A DNA stretch of 39,494 bases from Octopus bimaculoides (GCF_001194135.2 NC_068985.1:118588257-118627750), one strand, 5' to 3'; numbered from the stretch's first letter, positions 1-11,660 are shown. The notes: a model not told the origin generated them from the letters alone. Program-made: numbers and translations.

Positions 1-43
<43 letters not shown>

Positions 44-296
44 TTATGTTTGTCTGTGTTTGTCCCTCCAACATCCTGGGGTCGACTTGCTTGATTAAAG
101 GCAGTGCTCCAGCATGGCCGCAGTCAAATGACTGAAACAAGTAATAGAGTATGGGAGAGAGAAGAGAGTAAACTGGGAGAGGAATTGAAGAAAAGGGAAA
201 TATCAGAGAGAGAGGGAGTGGGGTTAGTGGTAATGGTAAAAGAAGAATGAGTGGGAGGAGGAATAGTAAGTAGTCTGGTAGAGATGCTACTATTAA

Positions 297-779
297 CCCT
301 TTCGCATTCTGATTACTCAGTCAAACGAAATGCTTATTTATTCACATTGCTTTGAATTAATCATGCATTATCTTGTAGCTTTGAGATTTCAATGATTGTT
401 TTTTTTTTTTTTTTTTTTTTTTTTTTGTGCGGGTGGCACATGAAATGCACCATTTTGAGCGTGGCCGTTGCCAGTACCGCCTGACTGGCCTTCGTGCGGG
501 TGACACGTAAAAGCACCCACTACACTCTCTGAGTGGTTGGTGTTAGGAAGGGCATCCAGCTGTAGAAACTCTGCCAAATCAGATTGGAGCCTGTTGTAGC
601 CATCTGGTTTCACCAGTCCTCCGTCAAATCGTCCAACCCATGCTAGCATAGAAAGCAGACGTAAAACGACGACGACGATGTTGTAGGCTAGGTGTGAGAG
701 GTCAGATCTTGCCTGATTTAAACATAAAACAGAATATTTGAGCCTGATGCAGCCAACTAGATTAAATGCTTAAAAGTTT
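297..779 (+). mobile_element. piggyBac-like MITE interrupted by an RTE insertion
   Basis: TTAA-CCCTTTcGCATT 5' end; body resumes at about 682; 3' TIR degenerate. Confidence 0.65.
427..681 (+). mobile_element. 5'-truncated RTE 3' UTR copy
   Basis: ttaggaagggcatccagctgtagaaactctgccaaat...cgtccaacccatgctagc with (GAC/GAT)n tail; sits inside a piggyBac-like MITE. Confidence 0.75.
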
Positions 780-1045
780 GAAGGTTCGTGGGAAGGAAGT
801 GAATTAGTGATAGTAAAAAATATCTATGCAGATAAGGATACAGATCTATAGAACAGCCTATCAAGAAGGTATATACAATCGACTAAAAATTCTAAGGCGT
901 GTCATGTGACTAGAAATCTAAATGAAATAAAATATCAATTGACTATAAAGATTTTTCTTACTCCCCTCAAACAAAAAAAATATATGTCAAAAAAAGTTCA
1001 TTTCATAAAAACTATGTTAGGTTGGAGTTTGAATCAAGTCAAACA

Positions 1046-1129
1046 CATCAACGGCCGTTTCGGGAGTTCACAGCCATGGTTCAATTACGAGTGAAGGTGC
1101 ATCTCAGTAATGACCCCCTCATCAGGATG
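1046..1129 (-). ncRNA. type I hammerhead ribozyme motif, intact core
   Basis: Minus strand: catc-CUGAUGA-ggggguca...ugaacuccc-GAA-ACGGCCGU-U-gaug. All invariant core nucleotides are present, G10.1-C11.1 pair, palindromic stem III, GUU triplet, 4-bp stem I. Confidence 0.7.
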
Positions 1130-1256
1130 AACAGGAATCCCAACAAATTATTCATTCACGGGAGTTACAATGCCACATGGCTAATTTAAAGATAATAATA
1201 TATACATATATATACGCATATTTACACACACATACACACATATATACATGCATATA

Positions 1257-1616
1257 GGCGCAGGAGTGGTTCTGTCATAAGTAGCTTGCTTCCCAACCAC
1301 ATGGTTCTGGGTTTAGTCCCACTGCATGGCACCTTGGGCAAGCGTCTTTTACTATAGCCTTGGGCCAACCAAAGCCTTGTGAGTGGATTTGGTAGACAGA
1401 AACTGAAAGAAGCTTGTGTGTGTCTTCGTGTTTGTGCAGTACCACTTGACAACTGGTGTTGGTGTGTTTACATTCCTGTAACAGTGCTCAGGTAAAGGAG
1501 ACCAGTAGAATAAGTAATAACCTTAACAAGCGAAATAGGTACTGGGGTTGATTCTTCAAGGCAGTGCTCCAGCATGGCTGCAGTCTAATGACTGAAACCA
1601 GTAAAAGATAAAAGAT
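1257..1616 (+). mobile_element. abundant tRNA-derived SINE, family B
   Basis: gcaggagtgg..cttgcttcccaaccacatggttctgggtttagtcccactg head, internal (TG)n, tail gtgctccagcatggctgcagtc..gactgaaacc. Confidence 0.75.
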
Positions 1617-3077
1617 GTATATATATTTGTTATGAATATGAAGTTGCTAACTAATTGAGTAAATGAGATACTCTCCACTAAAATGGCATCTACGCAGATG
1701 TCTTTCTTGGTTTATATATTTTCCTTACAGTATAAGTCATTCTTTTGTAGTCTTTTGTCATCTCTGTCTGATTGATAAATGAAATGAAGACAGTAACATG
1801 TATTTTGTCATTGCTTAATGTCATATTTATTCTCTCATCTAATTACGCAATTGGCTTGTTTTAATGTTCTAGAAGTATATTCGTATTACAGCTGTGTTGC
1901 AGTCATTTCTATTTGATTTATCTTATTGCAATGAAGTTTCAACTTTTAGTGAGAAATCTTCTTTTAGCATTACATAGCCCATTGTGTGTGTTTGTGTGTG
2001 CTTACCGGAGTAAGCACATTAAATGTGCAACAAGGTGGAAAAAAGAGTACTCNNNNNNNNNNNNNNNNNNNNNNNNNNNNNNNNNNNNNNNNNNNNNNNN
2101 NNNNNNNNNNNNNNNNNNNNNNNNNNNNNNNNNNNNNNNNNNNNNNNNNNNNTGAACTCGGAACCATGTGGTTGGTAAGCAAGCTACTTACCACGCAGCC
2201 ACACTTGCACCTATATATTTGTATATAGAATGTTGTGTGTGTTACCGCCTTCTTACTTTGACACTGTGTGATTTCACTGTCATGCAAGTGGTGGTTTTCA
2301 TTTCCTATCTTTTGAAACCTATCTGGTCATAGGAAAATATTACCTTCCTTGGAAACCGGTGAGGGCTAGTAACAGGAAGGACATCTGGCTGTAGAAAATC
2401 CACCTTAACAAAAATTCCACCCAACTTTTGCAAGCATGAAAAAGTGAATTTTAAAATGATGATGATGGGCACCTGGCCTAGTGGTTAAGGTGTTGAGTTC
2501 ATGGCTGAAACTTGTGGCCTTGATTCTTGGATGGGGCAGCATGTTGTGTCCTTGAGCAAGGCACTTTGTATACACATTGCTCCAGTCTGCTCATCTGAAA
2601 ATGAGTACCAACCTAGTGATGATGCAGCTCTCTCTCTCTCTCTCTCTNNNNNNNNNNNNNNNNNNNNNNNNNNNNNNNNNNNNNNNNNNNNNNNNNNNNN
2701 NNNNNNNNNNNNNNNNNNNNNNNNNNNNNNNNNNNNNNNNNNNNNNNNNNNNNNNNNNNNNNNNNNNNNNNNNNNNNNNNNNNNNNNNNNNNNNNNNNNN
2801 NNNNNNNNNNNNNNNNNNNNNNNNNNNNNNNNNNNNNNNNNNNNNNNNNNNNNNCTCTCCCTCCCCTCTCTCTCTCTCTCTCACTCTCTCCAGTTGTCAC
2901 AGCTTATCCCTTATGTTCTGTTGGGTCAAGAGTAGGTGAGATGAGAAGATGTCTGATTGCAACAAGCAAAAATGTAGCGCAAGCTACCAAGTAAAACTTG
3001 CACGTGAAGGCTAAACTTTCATGCATTCATATGTGTGTGTACGTATGTATATAGACGTGTGTATGTATATATATATA

Positions 3078-3133
<56 letters not shown>

Positions 3134-3614
3134 TATAAACTTTATTGGCAGATTTTGTTTATTGGTATATATTTAGGTTGGATTATGATTATGCATATGT
3201 TTTGTCTTATGTGTTGATGTTTATAATGTGTTAATGATTTGTGAACCAGGTATAAGCATTGGGTTTGTATGTTCTCAATAGTAATTTTTTTTAGGGCTGT
3301 TTGACGCTAACAGAAGTAGTGATTCTGCCTTAGGTGTTGAAATCACAATGATATCCATTAGGCAGCTGATGTGGCAATTTCTCCAGTCATGATGTTAAAT
3401 TGGATTTCGTGCTGTAGTTATGTCTCTGTGCTTTATTTGTATATTGCTTGATTTTTCTTTGGTGTGCTTTACAAAGATTATACAGATTCTGATCCTAAGT
3501 GGAGTTAGTATTAGGGTTAGACATAATTGTTGTTCATACAATCTGTTATTCGTTATAGTTAAGCTTGGTCCAATTTCTGTCAGAAGGTGAATATAAAGCT
3601 TTTATATGTGTGTG

Positions 3615-3652
<38 letters not shown>

Positions 3653-4090
3653 CACATGCACACACACACTCATACTCACACACAGAGTGCATGTGCACAA
3701 AGGATGGGAGTTATTTAGGCTATAAAAAGATTATTGTACATTAAGTGAAAGATCCAATTAACTTTCTCTTCATTCTCTTCCACTGTTAACTTCTGCTGGT
3801 CTCAAGTTCTGTTTGATTGCAACTGTAATTTGAATGTTCTAGAAATCAGTGATACTTGAGAGATTTAAAGTGATGTGGTACTTCAGAGATTGTGTTGCGA
3901 ATCTCTTTGTATCCCACACTCTTATCTGCAGCTTTTTAAACGTTTCCTCGTCTTTCTCTTTAATCGATCACATTGTACCACCACCATCACCACCACTAGA
4001 ACTATGTAAGAAACATAATGTTAGCAAATGTTATAATGTTGATGTGGGAATGTGCATGGGGAAAAATAGCGAGTGATAATTGGAGGTGTT

Positions 4091-4091
<1 letters not shown>

Positions 4092-4127
<36 letters not shown>

Positions 4128-4340
4128 CTGTGAATCTCTCTTTGTACCTATACCTTACTGTGTGTGTGTGTGTGTGTGTATGTGCATATGCTTGTGTGTG
4201 TACCAATGTATGCATGTACATGTGCCAGTGTGTGTGTGCATGTCTGTGTCTGTCTATGTATGTATGTATGTATGTATGTATGTATGTGTGGAGGTGTATT
4301 TGTGTGTCTGTGTGTGTTTGTATCTGTCTGTTTGTGTGTC
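4092..4340. repeat. compound (TG)n/(TATG)n microsatellite
   Basis: Direct reading; source of several spurious Cys/Val-rich ORFs. Confidence 0.95.
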
Positions 4341-4599
4341 AATGTTTGTTTAATTGCTACTACTGTCTTTGAAAAGCTCCCATCATCCTGATTTGAGCAG
4401 GTCTATAACATAAAAGTACTTCATATATCAATACTTTGTATATGTAGAGATATGCAATAGCCAATGTGTTGGTCTGGGTCAGACTTTGTTGTCCAGTTAG
4501 TGTTTTATCTGTAGATGTCCCCTCTCCATTGCTGTTCGATGATTTACAATTAAAAACAACATGGTTGTCCACAACCGACTTTATATACACACACACATA

Positions 4600-4664
<65 letters not shown>

Positions 4665-5190
4665 GTATTTTCATTATTGTTTAATGTCCGTTTTCCATGT
4701 TATGGATCCAAGGATCCAACTGTAGGAAGATTGTAAGCTTCAAGCAGTCCATGGCAGGAATAGAAAAGAAAAAGTGGACCATGTATTTTATTTATTTATT
4801 TATTTATTTATGTGTTTCAGCCAAGTGGCTGCGGTCATGCTGGTGCACCCAGGAACAATAAAAAATTTATTGGCTTTGAGGGTTACACACTTTTCCCCCA
4901 TATTAAAGTTATGAGGAACTTGATAAACTGAAGATTTCTTTATAGCTCACGGTTTGCAACTAGAGTTTCTATGAATGCAATGTAATTTTTTCAAATTAAA
5001 TCTATGATATGTTAACTTGGGATTTCCAAATGTATGTATATATATATATGTATATGTATATAAAATTTAGATTCAAAATTGAATGTGGCACTTAAGTTTA
5101 GGCACCAGAATATAGTTTGGTATTATTCAAACAATTCCAAAAACAAGATGATCAAAAATAAAAAAAAAGCAACACGGATTTTCAAGGTTA

Positions 5191-5280
5191 TTGCCATACG
5201 CACGTTTCATGCTACTCCATTTATTCAAGTAATGCAAGCATTACATTAAATGTAAAATGCAGAGTAATCTTCAGCTGCAG
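5191..5280 (-). ncRNA. degenerate type I hammerhead ribozyme motif
   Basis: Minus strand: cugcag-CUGAAGA-uuacuc...gaguag(cau)-GAA-ACGUGCGU-A-uggcaa. Core and GUA triplet intact; stem III self-complementary with G-U pairs; stem I and the stem II junction are damaged. Confidence 0.5.
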
Positions 5281-5840
5281 AAGGATACAGAAAATTTACT
5301 GAAAATTTAATTTCAGCAGAATGGACACATTACTGTTGTGACAACATTTAAAACAATCTAAGTGAGGAAGAAGAATACAAAAAAACCATCTTGACATAGC
5401 CAAGGCTAGCAGGCTAGTAATTAATTCTAGGTAGAATTCTAACTGTCCCTGATTTTATTTGTTTCTTATCCAGTGATTTAAAGCTTAAGGGGGCAACCAG
5501 GCTTTCCCTTATAAGAAAAGGGAAGGGTAAACATTATGGTTATAAAGATTCCTCTGGTCATAGAGGCAACACAATTTTAGGTTGGGTTTTTTTTACTACT
5601 ATCATAATGTAGGGGAAATTTAACATTAAGCATCTAGGTCAACAGGGCTTTTTCTTTAGTCTGAATAATGTATCAGTATTGTTTTACATATACTAAGTAT
5701 GGAAACTTATAGATATCAATATTAGCTAATGTATATTTAGCTAATATTGATACGGAATGCTGTTATTGGATAATCATTTGATGTCGCCTGATCGAATTAA
5801 TTATTCTTTTATTAGCATTCTCGGATTTATAATTTTGAAA

Positions 5841-5917
5841 AATTGTGCTGATGAAGGATATATGTTTGGGTAAATATATTTTTACACCTCATTGATCTAG
5901 AAACACGTCTCTCAATT
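5841..5917 (+). ncRNA. degenerate type I hammerhead ribozyme motif
   Basis: aauugug-CUGAUGA(5848-54)-aggau...aucua-GAAA(5900-03)-cacgucuc-ucaauu. Core boxes present; A-A at 10.1/11.1; stem III and stem I imperfect. Confidence 0.4.
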
Positions 5918-6039
5918 AATCAAGGTTGGGTAGATTCGTTATTTTTTTCCTTTTTTTTTGCCTTTGTAGTTTGTGAGTATTGCTGTTTTTGGGAGTCATA
6001 TAAATATGTATATATATATGTATATATATATGTGTATAT

Positions 6040-6184
6040 GGCGTTAGGAAGGGCATCCAGCTGTAGAAACTCTGCCAAATTAGACTGGAGCCTGGTGTTG
6101 CCATCCGGTTTCACCAGTCCTCAGTCAAATCGTCCAACCCATGCTAGCATGGAAAGCGGACGTTAAACGATGATGATGATGATG

Positions 6185-6185
<1 letters not shown>
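6040..6185 (+). mobile_element. short RTE 3' tail copy (young)
   Basis: Nearly identical to 30521-30670 and 34001-34145; inserted in a TA-rich microsatellite. Confidence 0.8.
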
Positions 6186-6236
<51 letters not shown>

Positions 6237-6270
6237 ATATATATGTGTGTGTATATATGTGTATATATAT

Positions 6271-7033
6271 GTTTTTGATTTTGTCGACTACACAGTATAG
6301 TAGGGTCAGTTGGGGTCTGTGAGAAAAACAACACCATGATGCAATTTACTCTGCCAGAAATTTGGAAACAACATGCTGTACTCCTTGGCATTTGCACTGG
6401 AAGTTCCAATATGAACATTTCAGAGTGTTTGGGTGTCAATCTGAGGACATGTACTGAGAATGATAAAAATCAAACATCCAGTCAACATCATGGTGTTTGG
6501 AGTGATCACTAGTGATGCCTCCATTCATCTTCCTACACAGCCTCAGACTCAGCACAAAGGCTTATATTAAGTGCCTGGATGAGGTAGTGCTGCCCTGGGT
6601 TAAGAGGATTGCTGCTGGAAGACCCTATGTCTGGCAACAGGACTCTGCATCATACCACACAAGCAGGAGACAGTCATGGCTGTCAGATAATTTCTGCGAT
6701 GACATCACCACCAACTCCCTAGACTGCAACCCCCTTGATTATTATGTATGGGATGCAGTTGAGCGAGAGACTGACAAAACTCTTTGTAACACCAAAGATA
6801 AACTGAAGGTGAGGATTATGGCAGCATTCACCAACTTAAACAAGAAGGTCATCCAGAAGAGTTGCAGGAAATTCTCAAGTTGTCTGGAGGCTGTGGTTGA
6901 AGCCAATGGCAGTTTTAATTGAATGAATTTACTCTTTAGTATCTCGTGATATTTTTATGTGATTTTGGTAAATATATCTGCCAGTGTTATTTTCATTTTT
7001 GTATAATTTAGACAGTTTATTCACTGCACCCTG
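6271..7033 (+). mobile_element. Tc1/mariner DD37D (maT-type) transposon, internally deleted copy 1
   Basis: ORF 6512-6922 gives WQQDSA..H..WLSDNF..DCNPLDYYVW..E. 3' end ...tcactgcaccCTG followed by TA (7034-35). 5' end lost in a TA microsatellite. Confidence 0.88.
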
Positions 7034-7037
7034 TATG

Positions 7038-7568
7038 NNNNNNNNNNNNNNNNNNNNNNNNNNNNNNNNNNNNNNNNNNNNNNNNNNNNNNNNNNNNNNN
7101 NNNNNNNNNNNNNNNNNNNNNNNNNNNNNNNNNNNNNNNNNNNNNNNNNNNNNNNNNNNNNNNNNNNNNNNNNNNNNNNNNNNNNNNNNNNNNNNNNNNN
7201 NNNNNNNNNNNNNNNNNNNNNNNNNNNNNNNNNNNNNNNNNNNNNNNNNNNNNNNNNNNNNNNNNNNNNNNNNNNNNNNNNNNNNNNNNNNNNNNNNNNN
7301 NNNNNNNNNNNNNNNNNNNNNNNNNNNNNNNNNNNNNNNNNNNNNNNNNNNNNNNNNNNNNNNNNNNNNNNNNNNNNNNNNNNNNNNNNNNNNNNNNNNN
7401 NNNNNNNNNNNNNNNNNNNNNNNNNNNNNNNNNNNNNNNNNNNNNNNNNNNNNNNNNNNNNNNNNNNNNNNNNNNNNNNNNNNNNNNNNNNNNNNNNNNN
7501 NNNNNNNNNNNNNNNNNNNNNNNNNNNNNNNNNNNNNNNNNNNNNNNNNNNNNNNNNNNNNNNNNNNN
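7038..7568. other. assembly gap (largest of six N runs)
   Basis: Other gaps: 2053-2152, 2648-2854, 13106-13115, 15004-15109, 16147-16617; plus 37456-37604. Confidence 0.99.
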
Positions 7569-8759
7569 GTTTCACCAGTTCTCAGTCAAATCGTCCAACC
7601 CATGCTAGCATGGAAAGCGGACGTTAAACGATGATGATGATGATGATGATGATGATGATATAATATATATGTGTGTGTGCGTATGTCAAGGTGTGATGTG
7701 TGTGTGTATCTTATGAATGTTTATATTCTTCTTCCTTGCATAAAGTATGGTGATACTTGTTGACACCCCCCTGCTAACAAATTGTCCTGTAAATTTTGCT
7801 GGTGAGTGGAATAAAAGTCATTTATTGAAAACAAACAAGTAAAGGTTTGTGACAGAAAAAGCATCCAGCTGTAAAACAATGTCAATACTAGCATAGGAAA
7901 ATGTGATAGCCACAAGTTTGTTCAGTAATACTCTTTTGCTTGCTGCCTGTAGCATTTTACTTCGTCCATTTACCTAACAGCCTGTCAGTGACTATTCCCG
8001 GAGCCTTCTTTCTCCACAATTTGGTCATAGTGACATGAAAACTGCTATATGTGTCAATAAAAATTTATATGTAGTTGTTAAAAATAGTGTCAAAAGTCTA
8101 CCTGAAATGATATCCAAACTTCTTAAAAGAAAAGAACAAAACTGTACCTGGGGAAGTGAAAATATTGGTGGGTTAGTTATTACAGGTGCACTTTCAACCA
8201 TAAGTCCGTTGAGTCAATTCTGATCTGGTGGCTAAACAAAAAGGTTGATTTTGGTAATCATCTATTAATGGACATCTAATTGTGAAAATTGAATTAGTTG
8301 ATGGTTAATGTCAGTTAGAAGAGTAATTAGAAGAAGTGGTGCTGATATAATGAGAATAAATGGAGAGAAAATATCTTCATGAGTTTTCTAACTTTTCCCT
8401 CTTTTCCTTGTCTCTGTTTTTATTACACCAACAATTTATTTAATCCTTTCATTACTATATTTCAAATCAGTAGACTTCTGTGTTTCATTTAATTGATGAA
8501 ATAATTAAAAATTTAGAGGGCTTTAGTAAAATATCTGTTAAATATTTGTATCATCGGTATTAATTAAATGAAAACCTAAAATATCATTAATGTTATAGGG
8601 CTTTGAGTGACAGTTTAATTTGAATATAAACATTTTAGTATATGTGTGATTTCAAGTGGGTTGATATTAGGAGTTAAATGTAAACATGTTATTGTAAAAT
8701 GTTAAGCAGATAAAGAAATGAAGTCTTTTAATGTTTTCTTTACTCTGTCCTTCAAGTGT

Positions 8760-9138
8760 GTGGAGGCGCAATGGCCCAGTGGTTGGGCAGCGGACTCGTG
8801 GTCATAGGATCGCGGTTTCGATTCCTAGACCGGGCATTGTGAGTGTTTATTGAGCGAAAACACCTAAAGCTCCAGGAGGCTCCGGCAGGGGATGGTGGCG
8901 AACCCTGCTGTACTCTTTGACCACAACTTTCTCTTACTTCTTGTTTTTGTTGTGCCTGTAATTCAAAGGGTCAGCCTTGTCACACTGTGTCACGCTGAAT
9001 ATTCCCGAGAACTACGTTAAGGGTACATGTGTCTGTGGAGTGCTCAGCCACCTGCACGTTAATTTCACGAGCAGGCTGTTCCGTTGATCGGATCAACTGG
9101 AACCCTCGACATCGTAAGCGACGGAGTGCCAACAACAA
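8760..9138 (+). mobile_element. young tRNA-derived SINE with (AAC)n tail and 11-bp TSD
   Basis: Box A tggcccagtgg, box B gtttcgattcc; CCTTCAAGTGT at 8749-59 and 9139-49; CpGs retained. Confidence 0.85.
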
Positions 9139-9201
9139 CCTTCAAGTGTAACGGCTTGTAAGAAAGAGGAAGAATACTGCCTTTCTTCCTCTTTTTATTA
9201 A

Positions 9202-9420
9202 TCCTTTAGCATTTAAACTAGTCATATCCACCCAAATATTCTATCTGCTTTGCATTCAAACAGGTCAAATCCAGCTTCTCACACAAACTCTACAATGTTA
9301 TTCTAAAAATAAACAATTGCATCTTCAAAATGTCTAAACTACAATATAAAGCATGATTAATTCAAAACAATGTGAATGAACAAGCATTACATTTGAAAGT
9401 GTTATCTTAAAGCTAAAGGG
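9202..9420 (-). mobile_element. piggyBac-like MITE (~220 bp), reverse orientation
   Basis: ttaa-TCCTTTAGCATT ... GCTAAAGGG-tcaa; body is the reverse complement of the other copies. Confidence 0.7.
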
Positions 9421-9595
9421 TCAAATTACTAAACAACAAATGAGGAGATTAAGGGACCTAATAACAAACCCAGACACATTGTCTGGGTTAGCCCTTGTAC
9501 AGAGATCAGGGAAAAATATATTCTAAAACTAAAGTGAAGCTCCACGCATTGAGAATATTTAAATATTATTAATGAACCTGTAAGGCGGTAAACTG

Positions 9596-9859
9596 TGGAG
9601 GCGCGTGGCTTAGTGGTTAGGGTGTCAGCATCATGATTGTAAGATTGTGGTTTCGATTCCTGGACCGGGCGATGCGTCGTGTTCTTGAGCAAATCACTTC
9701 ATTTCACGTTGCTCCAGTCCACTCAGCTGGCAAAAATGAGTAACGTTGTGATGGACTGGCATCCCATCCAGTTGGGGAACACATACGCCATTGAAACCGG
9801 GAAACCGGACCCATGAGCCTGGCTAGGCTTTAAAAGGGTGCATTTATTTATTTATTTAT
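9596..9859 (+). mobile_element. tRNA-derived CORE-type SINE with 15-bp TSD
   Basis: tRNA head, then ttgagcaaatcacttcatttcacgttgctccagtccactcagctggcaaaaatgag (resembles the CORE/MIR domain); TAAGGCGGTAAACTG at 9581-95 and 9860-74. Confidence 0.8.
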
Positions 9860-10000
9860 TAAGGCGGTAAACTGGCAGAATCGTTAGCATGCTGAGCGAA
9901 ATGCTTAGTAGCATTTTGTCCGTCTTTACATTCTGAGTTTGCTTTTCATCGTTTCAGGGTTGTTAAAATAAGTACCAGTTAAGCACTGGGGTTAATTTAA

Positions 10001-10218
10001 CCCTTTAGTATTCAGATTAATTTAGCTAACAAAAAATGCTTAATCCACATATTTTAAAAATTAATCCTGTATCTTGTAGCTTCAAGGTTTTGAAGAGGTG
10101 TTTGTTTATTTTTAGAATGACATTGTAGGGTAGGTGCAAAAGGCTGGATCTGACCAGTTTGAACATAAAAAGAGGGAGAATATTTGGACTGGATATGGCT
10201 GGTTTAAATGCTAATAGG
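10001..10218 (+). mobile_element. piggyBac-like MITE
   Basis: TTAA at 9997-10000 and 10219-22; TIR CCCTTTAGtATT / AATGCTAAtAGG. Confidence 0.8.
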
Positions 10219-10479
10219 TTAATCAACTTAACTCTTCTCCTAAAATTGCTGGCCTTGTGCCAAAATTTGAAACCAATGTTATTGATGAACCTAAGATGCA
10301 CATTGCTTGAATGTTAATGATGTTTTGTCTCATCAGATCATTAAGCATGAAACTGGTACGATTACCTGTCTACCTATTTCATGAGGGTCAGCAGAAATGT
10401 TGATTTGAATGCTTTCATTGGGCATGTAAAAATGTTCATGATATTCTTTGTGAGAACTGTTTGGTTTTTGATGTATTTA

Positions 10480-11660
10480 TGTTTGTGAAATATGTATTCT
10501 ATATTTGAAATATGAGTACTGTATTTGAAACACCTGAACTCATCATCACTTCGGCGTTCACTTTCCCATGTTTGTATGGGTCAGATGGAATTCATTGAGG
10601 CAGATTTTCTACAGCCAGATGACCTTCCTGTTACCAACCCTCATCTATGTCCAAACAAATTTTTTCCCTATGGCCAGTCATATTTTCACTGAAGAAGTGA
10701 ACGAACAACACCACTTGTATGTCAGGGATGCTTGCTTACAACTACAGTGCAATGTTAAGACTAACTGACACAAACATACCCCCCACCCCACACAGTTTCT
10801 TTCAGTTTCATCTATCACACTCAATCAAGGCTTTGGTGGGATTAGGGCTATAGTAGGCATTTGCCCAAGGTGCCATGTAGTGGGACTGAACTTGAAACTA
10901 TGTAGTTGGGAAGCAGACATAACCATACGACCATGCCTTTAAAATATGCATACTTCGTTTGGAATGGCTGTACCATATTTGAAATATATATTCTGTATCT
11001 GAAATAAATATGCACGCTATATTTGAAATATGCTTAGTATATTTGAAAAGAAAAAGACATTTAAAATATAAAGCATATTGAGGCTAGGTGTTGGCAAGGC
11101 TGTATGGTAAGAAGTTTGCTTTCAAACTATATGGTCTTGGGTTCACTCCTACTGCATGGTACCTGGAGCTAGTGTCTTCTACTATAACTCAAAGCCTATC
11201 AAAGCCTTGTGAGTGGATTTGGTAGATGAAAACTGAAAGAATCCCTTCATATACATAAAGATACATGTGTGTGTGTATTACTGTCTCTTTGTCTTGACTT
11301 CACGTGATAGTTGTAAATGAATGTCACCATCATGCAAGCAGTGTTTCCAATTTTACATGAAAACATGTCTTACTTGGACAAAGTTTAGGGTTGACAACAA
11401 GAAGGTCACCTGGCTTGGGAAAATCCACCTTCACAAATTCCATCTGACCCTTGTAAGCATGGAAAAGTGAATGTTAAATGATGATGATAATGATGGCAAC
11501 ATCTAAGATATGCGTGCTGTATTTGAAATCTGCATGTGTTCTATTTGAAATATGCCTGTGTTCTATTTGAAGTATGTTCTGTTTGAAATATGTGTGTGCT
11601 GTATTTAACATATGTATTATATATTTTGAATATGTTGGTTGTTGAAGCATATTTATTTTC
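10480..11660. repeat. degenerate ~20-bp minisatellite (tgtatttgaaatatg-like) in three blocks
   Basis: Blocks at about 10480-10535, 10940-11075 and 11505-11660, separated by interspersed repeats. Confidence 0.6.

Larger units (their letters stand above)
9582..10280 (+). mobile_element. Nin/Deu-domain-like tRNA SINE (family D), host of two nested insertions
   Basis: Head aaggcgg..ctggcagaatcgttagc; ttttcatc..gg..aaaataagtaccag core; tail aaattgctggccttgtgccaaaatttgaaacc. Confidence 0.65.

Noticed and set aside
6100-6130. CUGAGGA...GAAA on the minus strand of the RTE tail (also near 30590 and 34070)
   Set aside because: Only 5 unpaired nt between the boxes; GAA is the loop of a CUGGU/ACCGG hairpin; no U16.1 and no stem I.
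7981-8223. About 80-codon open frame in non-repetitive DNA
   Set aside because: No recognisable motif and no convincing splice pair.
8760-8835. tRNA genes
   Set aside because: A and B box sequences here and at 9596, 14718, 15819 and 37869 continue into SINE bodies and do not form full cloverleaves.
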